Shown here: one piece after another, positions 1 through 7,586 of the stretch
How the letters are laid out: every line of letters starts with the position of its first letter
How positions within the stretch are numbered: the stretch's first letter is position 1
IMG/VR virus record: IMGVR_UViG_3300044630_004720
Reading direction: 5' to 3' (one strand)
DNA length: 64,000 nt
DNA from: a virus
Lineage: Duplodnaviria > Caudoviricetes
Program-made: the position numbers and the translations under genes
Notes under the pieces: model-generated
Seen by the model: the letters and a program-made list of their open reading frames with translations, nothing else
The model's database searches: none
Told to the model about the DNA's origin: nothing

Positions 1-1596
1 GTTCCTGCTAAAGATGAAAAACGAGCAATCACAGGAGGTCTATCACGTTTATTAAATGTTGGGTACTCAAAGAACATTGTTAAGTTTGACTACGCTTCAC
101 TTTATCCATCTATTCAACTTGTGTATGATGTATTCCCCGAATGTGATATTATGGGTGTACAGAAATCAATGTTAAAGTATTTCCGTAACATTCGTATTAA
201 GTACAAAAGATTAGCGGGAGAACTTGCGAAAACAAATCCCGTAGAGGCGGAAATGTACGACCGTAAACAATTACCAATTAAGATTTTTATTAACGCTTAT
301 TTTGGTAGTTTATCTGCACCACAAGTATTTCCTTGGGGAGATATGAATATGGGTGAAACTATCACTTGTACAGGTCGTCAATGTTTACGTATGATGATTA
401 TGTTCTTTATGAAGAAAGGTTATAAACCTCTCGTAATGGATACAGATGGTGTGAACTTTGAAACTCCTGACACAATTAACGAGCACAAGTATATTGGTAA
501 AGGTTTAAATGAGTTAGTGGAAGAAGGTAAAGAATATCAAGGTATTGAAGCGGACACAGCAGAATTTAATGATATCTTTATGAGAAACGAAATGGGTCTT
601 GATATTGACTACACTGCTCCGGCTTGTATTAACGTATCTCGTAAGAACTACATCATTAAATTGATGAAGAAAGGAAAAGAGAAAATTAAATTAACGGGTA
701 ACACTATTAAATCTAAAAAATTACAAACATACATTGTTGAATTTTTAGATGAAGGTTTGAAAATGTTATTGAATGGTGATGGTTTATCTTTCGTTGAATT
801 GTATTATGAATACGTTGAAAAGATTTATAACAAAGAAATCCCATTAGCAAAAATTGCAAACAAATCACGTGTTAAACAATCCGTAGAAGATTATAAAAAA
901 CACATCAAGAAGACAACTAAGGCAGGTTCATTAATGTCACGTCAGGCACATATGGAGCTAATTCTTGAAAACGATTATCCTGCCGGACTTGGTGATACTA
1001 TCTATTACATCAATAATGGTACAAAGAAAACCTCCGGTGATGTTCAGAAGATAAGTAAACCAACCAAGAAACAACAAGAAGAATATCGTGCAAAAAATGG
1101 TGTTGATATGCCAAATGATTTTATAGAAATCAATTGTTATATGATTCCTGAAAAAGATATTGTAAATAATCCAAATTTAACAGGTGAATACAATGTTGCG
1201 AGATATCTATCAAACTTCAATAAACGTATTGAACCTTTACTTTGTGTGTTTAAAAAAGAAATTCGTGAGGATATTTTAATTGAAGACCCAAGTGATAGAC
1301 AATACTTTACTAAATCTCAATGTGAACTTATTAATGGTCAACCGATAAAAGAAGACGGTCAAGATAAATTTGATGAAGTGATGACATTGTCAGATAGTGA
1401 GGTGTTATTTTGGAACAGAGTTGGTCGTGACCCGTTCTTTATGTATGTAGAAAACAGCTTAGAACTTGCGGACCCATATTGGGTAGACCACAATAGGAAA
1501 GTAGTTTCTCTACAAGCGGAAAGTATTAAGAGTAACGAAGATGAAATTATCGAAACCAATGGAAACGACTTTGCTTTACACGCAGTTGAAAGTTAA
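1..1596 (+). CDS. polB: Family B DNA polymerase, 5'-truncated at the window edge
   Basis: Frame is open from base 1: motif A FDYASLYPSI (upstream of the ORF-track start), motif B KIFINAYFG, motif C MDTDG. Confidence 0.95.
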   Translation, partial: VPAKDEKRAITGGLSRLLNVGYSKNIVKFDYASLYPSIQLVYDVFPECDIMGVQKSMLKYFRNIRIKYKRLAGELAKTNPVEAEMYDRKQLPIKIFINAYFGSLSAPQVFPWGDMNMGETITCTGRQCLRMMIMFFMKKGYKPLVMDTDGVNFETPDTINEHKYIGKGLNELVEEGKEYQGIEADTAEFNDIFMRNEMGLDIDYTAPACINVSRKNYIIKLMKKGKEKIKLTGNTIKSKKLQTYIVEFLDEGLKMLLNGDGLSFVELYYEYVEKIYNKEIPLAKIANKSRVKQSVEDYKKHIKKTTKAGSLMSRQAHMELILENDYPAGLGDTIYYINNGTKKTSGDVQKISKPTKKQQEEYRAKNGVDMPNDFIEINCYMIPEKDIVNNPNLTGEYNVARYLSNFNKRIEPLLCVFKKEIREDILIEDPSDRQYFTKSQCELINGQPIKEDGQDKFDEVMTLSDSEVLFWNRVGRDPFFMYVENSLELADPYWVDHNRKVVSLQAESIKSNEDEIIETNGNDFALHAVES

Positions 1597-2711
1597 ATTA
1601 CATTAAACGGAGAAGGCATTGGTCTATATTTTAATGCCTTATTAAGATTTTCCGCCTCGGCTCCTTTTCTCTCGAGAAGTTTGTCGGGGCGAAGTCTTTC
1701 TAATCTAGCAGCCAACTCTTCAACAAGTTTTAATCTTTCGTCTTTACCCTCGGTAAGTAAAGAACTATAATCTAATTTAATTGTACTATCAGGAACCTGT
1801 AAGTCACCTGAGAATTTACCCCAAATACGACCTAAACCTTCTTTAGCATATCCGATTAGATATTTTCTAACCCAGTTTTGTGCGGGTTTATTTAATCTAT
1901 CCCAAGTCAATTGTTCAGTTTCAACGTCTGATGGTAACTTAATAACATCTGCGTTTTGTTCTAAACAAGTATCTCTGTCCATAGTATCATAATACCAATA
2001 CCAAACTCTGAAATTTGCGTTCTTTATAGAACCAAAATCAAATTTTCCACCCGGTACGTTCATTAAGTGTACAATTTTAGTACCATTAGGACCTGCGGTT
2101 ATTCTATATGTTAATTCACCACCAATAAGACGATTTTTTAAGTTTCTGTCTTGCATTCTCAATAATAAATCAAATGCAGGTAACATAAAGTAAGAACCTG
2201 ATGTACCGATTTGAGCAAAACCACCCACACCACCGAAACCTACACCACCAAGTCCACCAAAACCACCTAAGAAAGGGTCTACGATAGAATCGGTAAGTTC
2301 AGCTCTTGTGAACCATAAAAGTTCATTTATTTCACGACCCGCGGGAATCACATATGTTTGAGTACCTCCTGATAATGTGATGTAATCTTTTTTCAGTTCG
2401 TGAGGTCCATTAGCTTGAAGACCTACAATCTTTGAATATGAGTAGGTATATTGGGTTTCATAGTCTAAACTTCTTGTTGTAAAGGCTCGAGTTAAAGATT
2501 GTGTATCAACGTCTAACCCCGCCAAAGCTGACCACTGAGATTCAATTAACCAATCAGACACATATTGTTCGTATTCTGAAATTGAAAACTCAATAAAGGT
2601 GTCCATTTGTTCTTCGGTTAATTCAATACCTCTAACAGGCATACCTAATAAATGGAATACTTGAGAGTATAGTTTTTCTTTTTCTGGTTGTGATATAACA
2701 GTAGTAGCCAT
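1593..2711 (-). CDS. Neck/head-completion protein, T4 gp13-like
   Basis: N-terminus LGMPVRGIELTEEQMDTFIEFSISEY resembles gp13 (LGxP...VExTxxQ); C-terminal WGKFSGDLQVP..TIKLDY..LL.EG..E; sits next to other neck genes. Confidence 0.75.
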   Translation of the reverse strand: MATTVISQPEKEKLYSQVFHLLGMPVRGIELTEEQMDTFIEFSISEYEQYVSDWLIESQWSALAGLDVDTQSLTRAFTTRSLDYETQYTYSYSKIVGLQANGPHELKKDYITLSGGTQTYVIPAGREINELLWFTRAELTDSIVDPFLGGFGGLGGVGFGGVGGFAQIGTSGSYFMLPAFDLLLRMQDRNLKNRLIGGELTYRITAGPNGTKIVHLMNVPGGKFDFGSIKNANFRVWYWYYDTMDRDTCLEQNADVIKLPSDVETEQLTWDRLNKPAQNWVRKYLIGYAKEGLGRIWGKFSGDLQVPDSTIKLDYSSLLTEGKDERLKLVEELAARLERLRPDKLLERKGAEAENLNKALKYRPMPSPFNVI

Positions 2712-2712
2712 A

Positions 2713-2744
2713 TTTGTTTTATTTCTATAAATAGTTTATATTTT
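2713..2744 (+). promoter_or_regulatory. Putative early/middle promoter TTTG-N20-TATATTTT
   Basis: TTTG 2713-2716 and TATATTTT 2737-2744, 5 nt before the ATG at 2750; same spacing as the promoter upstream of the SSB gene. Confidence 0.45.
2726..2733 (-). promoter_or_regulatory. Putative late promoter motif TATTTATA for the gp13-like gene
   Basis: Reads TATTTATA on the minus (sense) strand, 14 nt before the gp13-like ATG; the motif recurs before most structural genes. Confidence 0.55.
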
Positions 2745-2749
2745 AGAAT

Positions 2750-3775
2750 ATGAATATAAATTCAACTCAAAAATTAGATTATAGTTTCTTTCAAAACCTT
2801 TACGAGGAAGGTAAAACGGGGTGGAAGGGACTTTACTTTGAGGAAGCTCAAAGATGTTTTGAGTCCGCATTTTCTAAAATTAATAGATGGGGGTGGTTTG
2901 AAAAAGAAGAAAGGTATGGTATATTAAGTGAAGATGGAAAATGGGACGCTTTAAATAGATTCAACACTCACCCGAATTTATATCGGTTTGTTTATGAAGA
3001 ATGTATAAACTCAAACCCAAATTGTTTTACTGATTTTGGTAACCCAATTTATCACGAGAAAAATATAAAAGTGATGTGGGAGTTTTTAATGGAAAATTTT
3101 GATTTGTACTTCACAAAAAACATAACACCAAAATATTACAATAAAATATATTATCTATTAAATAAATCTTGGCAAACAGGTAATATAACAACAATCATTG
3201 CAGTATCTCACTTGAAAAATGCGTTTCCGAATATTACTGAGATGAAATACGGATTTGAAGCTGGTGATAAATCAGATATGATGGGAGTGGATATTGAAAT
3301 TAAGTTAGATAATGATGAAATAAAAAAATTTCAAGTTAAGAGTGGTAGATATACTGATAAAAGTTATGGTGGTATCTATTACGTTAATGGTTCTGCGAAT
3401 GATTTGAGTTATAAAAATTGTGATTACTACATTTATGGTCAACCTAAGTGGCAAGACACATTATCACAAGTAATAATTTTTAAAAATAGTCCTGATTTAA
3501 AAAAGAAAGATAAAAAGACATTACTCGTACCTCAAAAAAATATTATATATAAAACACAACAATTTATGTCAATACCTGAAAATTTATCTAAACTAATGGA
3601 GATATGTGGTAAAAACGATATCGAGTTTAGAATATTAAAAGAAGAGGAGGAAAGTTCAGTTTCATTTAACGAAGAAGAACAAATACTAACAGTTAAATTT
3701 ATTGGTCCTGATGATTCTACTTTATTAAGTAAGATTCAGAACACAATAAAAACATTAGAAGAGAGATTTAAGTAA
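2750..3775 (+). CDS. Hypothetical protein with a putative PD-(D/E)XK nuclease motif
   Basis: DMMGVDIEIK...KFQVKSG fits the D...(Q/E)xK pattern of restriction-like nucleases; remainder not recognised. Confidence 0.4.
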   Translation: MNINSTQKLDYSFFQNLYEEGKTGWKGLYFEEAQRCFESAFSKINRWGWFEKEERYGILSEDGKWDALNRFNTHPNLYRFVYEECINSNPNCFTDFGNPIYHEKNIKVMWEFLMENFDLYFTKNITPKYYNKIYYLLNKSWQTGNITTIIAVSHLKNAFPNITEMKYGFEAGDKSDMMGVDIEIKLDNDEIKKFQVKSGRYTDKSYGGIYYVNGSANDLSYKNCDYYIYGQPKWQDTLSQVIIFKNSPDLKKKDKKTLLVPQKNIIYKTQQFMSIPENLSKLMEICGKNDIEFRILKEEEESSVSFNEEEQILTVKFIGPDDSTLLSKIQNTIKTLEERFK

Positions 3776-5506
3776 GTCCTTACTGAATGTTTCTGAGTAT
3801 TCTCCGTCACCCATCACTTGGTCGATGATACCTTTTTTCTTCTGTAATATATTGTAAACAATCTTCTCAATAGTGTTCTCAAATATTGGATAATATACGA
3901 GGACACTATTTTTTTGCCCGTATCTATATGCTCTATCTTCTGCTTGACTATGATGTGCAGGGACAAATGACAAATCATTCATAATTACAACTTCAGCCGC
4001 GGTTAATGTAATACCAACACCACCGGCAACAATGTTAGATATGAATACTTTTACCTTATCATTGTTTTGAAATTTATCTACCGATTCTTGTTTACGCTCT
4101 TTAGACATACGACCATCGAGAGTAACCGAATTCTTTTTGTATTTTTCGTGAATCAATTCTAATGATGATGTAAAATTGGTAAATACAATTACTTTCTTCC
4201 CTTGTTCAAGACATTTGTCAATAAGTTCACAAGTGTACGATACTTTTTCAATCGCAATCAATTGACGAATCTTCATTAAACGATTTAAGGTAACAGTAAT
4301 ACTTTCATTTTCTTTGTTGTCTTTACTGATTCTCATAAATTCCTCTAACTCATCGTCATAGAATGTATTTTTCAATTCTAAATAAACGGGGGTTACTATT
4401 TTTTCAGGTAAATCGAGAATGTCAGTTTTCATTCTTCTTAAAACTAAACTTTTAGTTCTTTCCCTTAGTTCATCTAAATTAGACGCTCCACTAGTGTTCC
4501 AAACCTTTCTATTACCAACTCTAAATTGATATCCTGCACAATATCTACGAACATATGATTGCCAATTAAGTGTTAATGGTGATTCGACAATTTTTAATAG
4601 ATTAAAATAGTTAATAGGTCTTGATGTCATCGGAGTTCCTGTAAGTAACCAAACCTTTGGTATTTTTTCTAATACGTCATTTAATAATCTTGTCCTTTGA
4701 GCAGTATTGTTAGATATGTAATGAGCTTCATCTACAATCGCCAAATCAAAACCTGCGTTTACCAATAGTTTATAATCTTCACTATCTTCACTATTGTCTG
4801 TGGTATGGAAGTTCTTTAATATATCATAATTTATAATATAATAATCAAAAGTAGAACCCCACTTACGACCTTCAATTAGTAAGATTCTTCTATCTGTATA
4901 ATTTTCAATTTCTCTTTGCCAGTTAATTTTGAGGGATGCCGGACAAACTATCAGAATTTTTCTGGCATTACTTTCTAAAGACGCAATAACCGCGGACGTA
5001 GTCTTCCCAAGACCCATATCATCCGCTAAAATAAATTTATCGTTTGCTAATAATTTCTCGATGGCGACTTTTTGATGTTCCATCGGAGCTCTCTTACTAT
5101 AGGGACTATAGTCAATTACTCTATTGAGTTTCTTTTCTTCTTGTAAGATTGCGGCTTTAGGTACCCACATTGCCTGTAGTTTATCCGAATCTAAAACCTT
5201 ACCCCAAATGTGGTATGCTTTGTCTGTTTCGCAAAGTAATTTCTCGACCCATATTTTTTGTGGGACTGAAACCAAAAATCTTTGCTCCATTATCTTCTCT
5301 CCGAACGATTCAACTATTGAAACGTATTTTTTTGCCACCTTTGGTGTAATTGAGTGATATTTTAAAACATAATCAGCCTGTGGCCTTGTAAAACTAAACC
5401 CCTTTGCAGTTTGGGATTTAATTTTCCATTCCAATAATTGATTATTGGAACCATCATAATTTTCTAATATTTCTCTTGCCTCTATCTCAGGAATTTTTCT
5501 TTCCAT
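3755..5506 (-). CDS. SNF2-family (SMARCAL1/HARP-like) helicase
   Basis: LADDMGLGKT (motif I), IVDEAH (II), LTGTP (III), HSQAEDRAYRYGQ (VI). Start placed at MERKIPE (5506) after TATATTTT. Confidence 0.9.
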   Translation of the reverse strand: MERKIPEIEAREILENYDGSNNQLLEWKIKSQTAKGFSFTRPQADYVLKYHSITPKVAKKYVSIVESFGEKIMEQRFLVSVPQKIWVEKLLCETDKAYHIWGKVLDSDKLQAMWVPKAAILQEEKKLNRVIDYSPYSKRAPMEHQKVAIEKLLANDKFILADDMGLGKTTSAVIASLESNARKILIVCPASLKINWQREIENYTDRRILLIEGRKWGSTFDYYIINYDILKNFHTTDNSEDSEDYKLLVNAGFDLAIVDEAHYISNNTAQRTRLLNDVLEKIPKVWLLTGTPMTSRPINYFNLLKIVESPLTLNWQSYVRRYCAGYQFRVGNRKVWNTSGASNLDELRERTKSLVLRRMKTDILDLPEKIVTPVYLELKNTFYDDELEEFMRISKDNKENESITVTLNRLMKIRQLIAIEKVSYTCELIDKCLEQGKKVIVFTNFTSSLELIHEKYKKNSVTLDGRMSKERKQESVDKFQNNDKVKVFISNIVAGGVGITLTAAEVVIMNDLSFVPAHHSQAEDRAYRYGQKNSVLVYYPIFENTIEKIVYNILQKKKGIIDQVMGDGEYSETFSKDLLKSLF

Positions 5507-5541
5507 ATTAAAATATAACAAAATGGATTGTATTATTAAAC

Positions 5542-5549
5542 TATTTATA
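5542..5549 (+). promoter_or_regulatory. Putative late promoter motif TATTTATA
   Basis: 5 nt before the ATG at 5555. Confidence 0.55.
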
Positions 5550-5554
5550 CGTAT

Positions 5555-6067
5555 ATGGAAAATAAATTACCCATAAACAGATTATCTAAATTCTTCTCAA
5601 CAGACGACTTTGACCTCCATATTCAAATGGGTCAGGAGTATCTACACGGAGATTTAAATATGAAATTGGTTCTATATAGAGTAGATAGAGCCAAAACAGA
5701 TAAGGACGCAGTTTATGCAGAAGTGGGTAAGGATGAGATAAAATATTTCCCTCCTATTGAATTTAATGCGTTAGTTAAAATTGATGAACCTAAAAATAGT
5801 TCTTATAAGAATGGAACTCTTAGGTATTTGGAGCCTGGTAATTTACTAATCCAAGTGTATATAAAACACTTAGAAGAATTGAAGATAGATGTTAGATATG
5901 GTGATTATATCGCGTATCCCGAATCGGAAGGTCGAGTTAGATATTATAATGTTATTAATGACGGAAAAGTAACATCTGACAATAAACACAATCATTTCGG
6001 GTTCAAACCATATTATAGAACAATAACTTGTGCACCTGTTCAGGAAGGTGAATTTAGAGGAGTTTAA
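5555..6067 (+). CDS. Neck protein, T4 gp14-like (head closure)
   Basis: 170 aa; pattern LYRVD...DAVYAE...F..PIEFNAL...GD.I; lies between gp13-like and gp15-like genes. Confidence 0.55.
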   Translation: MENKLPINRLSKFFSTDDFDLHIQMGQEYLHGDLNMKLVLYRVDRAKTDKDAVYAEVGKDEIKYFPPIEFNALVKIDEPKNSSYKNGTLRYLEPGNLLIQVYIKHLEELKIDVRYGDYIAYPESEGRVRYYNVINDGKVTSDNKHNHFGFKPYYRTITCAPVQEGEFRGV

Positions 6068-6069
6068 TT

Positions 6070-7305
6070 ATGCCATTACCAAAAAGAAAAAATAACATAT
6101 CCATCTACGGACAAAAGGAACTGACAGAAAGGAGACAAGAGTTGTTGGATAGAATAACCAAGTCTGACACTTATCTTCCTGATTCCATTTTACACGATGA
6201 CCTCGACTTGGGTATGCTTGAATTTATTAAAGATAATTTCAAAGTTGTTTCTGATGGTACAAAAATTCCTATCATTGATAAGATTTTAACAATACAGAGG
6301 TGGGGTGAGATTTTAAATAATTGGGAGTTTTCTGATGATGACGGGAATATGAAGATTCCATTCATTGCTATTATTCGTAGACCTGATGTTCAGCCAGGTA
6401 CAAACCCTGTAGTTCAAAGAACTATACCTGATAGACGTACATTCTATTATGCTTCTGTCCCAACTTGGAATGGAACACAAATGGGGGCCGATGTATATAA
6501 AATACCACAACCTGTTGCTATTGATATTAGTTATGAAGTGGTAATTTTATGTAACAAGTTTAGAGACCTTAATAGATTTAATAAGGTAGTTCTTCAAAAG
6601 TTCTCATCAAGACAGGCGTATACAACAGTTAAAGGTCACTATATTCCTATTATATTAGATAAAAATGGTGACAACTCTCCGATTGATAATATGGATGGTC
6701 GTAAATACTATATGCAAACTTACGATTTTACTATGTTAGGGTTTTTAATCGATTCGGAAGAATTTGAAGTGAAACCCGCAGTTAGTAGAATGTTTTTACT
6801 TACTGAGTTTATAGGTACAAAACCATTTGAAAAGAAATTCTTTAATAAATCTATTGAAACAACGACCGTAAAATTTATTGCGGATGGAATGCAAACCACA
6901 TTTAGTGTGGGAGAGTCTATTGGATTTTTATTTTCAGTTGCAATTAATGGATTAGTTCAGGAAAGGGATGTTGATTATTTCCATATTGCAGGTACATCCA
7001 AAATAACATTTGTAGAACCCCCAATGGAAGGTTGGGAAATCACGGTTTCATACTATGCAGGTAGAAATAGTGTCTTTATCGACAGTTATGGTAAACCTTT
7101 GTTTTTGGAATCTGAATATTTTGTGTACGATGGTAGTACATTAACGTTTACACTTCTAAATAAAATAGATAGTATCATTAATGTTACAATTAATGGTCTT
7201 ATAGATGAGGAAGGTGCGGGTTTTGCGGTTTCGGGTGATAATGAGATAACTTTACTTTCGTCTCCTGTTTTAGGTTCCAATATTGGTATTACCTATATAC
7301 GTTAA
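6070..7305 (+). CDS. Tail terminator/sheath stabiliser, gp15-like, with a C-terminal two-repeat beta extension
   Basis: N-terminal part has IPFIAIIR and PQPVAIDISYEV...YTFTMLG-type segments; directly upstream of the sheath gene; C-terminal repeats VAINGLVQ / VTINGLID. Confidence 0.6.
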   Translation: MPLPKRKNNISIYGQKELTERRQELLDRITKSDTYLPDSILHDDLDLGMLEFIKDNFKVVSDGTKIPIIDKILTIQRWGEILNNWEFSDDDGNMKIPFIAIIRRPDVQPGTNPVVQRTIPDRRTFYYASVPTWNGTQMGADVYKIPQPVAIDISYEVVILCNKFRDLNRFNKVVLQKFSSRQAYTTVKGHYIPIILDKNGDNSPIDNMDGRKYYMQTYDFTMLGFLIDSEEFEVKPAVSRMFLLTEFIGTKPFEKKFFNKSIETTTVKFIADGMQTTFSVGESIGFLFSVAINGLVQERDVDYFHIAGTSKITFVEPPMEGWEITVSYYAGRNSVFIDSYGKPLFLESEYFVYDGSTLTFTLLNKIDSIINVTINGLIDEEGAGFAVSGDNEITLLSSPVLGSNIGITYIR

Positions 7306-7460
7306 TCTTCCCCGTATAAATCCTTCTTTTTAGGTTTACAAAATTCATCAATCCACTTTTCTAAAACTTTGTAGATTTTTAAACCATTTTTCTCACAATA
7401 TTTTTTTAACATTTCGTGATGTTTTTCACTGATTTTTACATTTTTTGATTTGTTTTCCAT
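7302..7460 (-). CDS. Small ribbon-helix-helix (Arc/CopG-like) DNA-binding protein, 52 aa, absent from the ORF track
   Basis: Translated by hand: MENKSKNVKISEKHHEMLKKYCEKNGLKIYKVLEKWIDEFCKPKKKDLYGED; alternating strand KNVKI followed by two helices joined by NG. Confidence 0.65.
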   Translation of the reverse strand: MENKSKNVKISEKHHEMLKKYCEKNGLKIYKVLEKWIDEFCKPKKKDLYGED

Positions 7461-7464
7461 ACTA

Positions 7465-7543
7465 AAGATATATTAAGATATAAAAAGATAAATAACTATC
7501 TTTTTTGAAAAAAGTACGGAAATCTTTGCTAAAAACAAAGATA
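7465..7543. promoter_or_regulatory. AAGATA repeat array (putative RHH operator) overlapping divergent promoters
   Basis: AAGATA at 7465, 7475, 7485 (10-bp period) and 7538; inverted copy TATCTT at 7497; TATTTAT at 7542. Confidence 0.5.
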
Positions 7544-7586
7544 TTTATTGAATAAGTAATAAATTATTTTAACCAAACAACAATCA

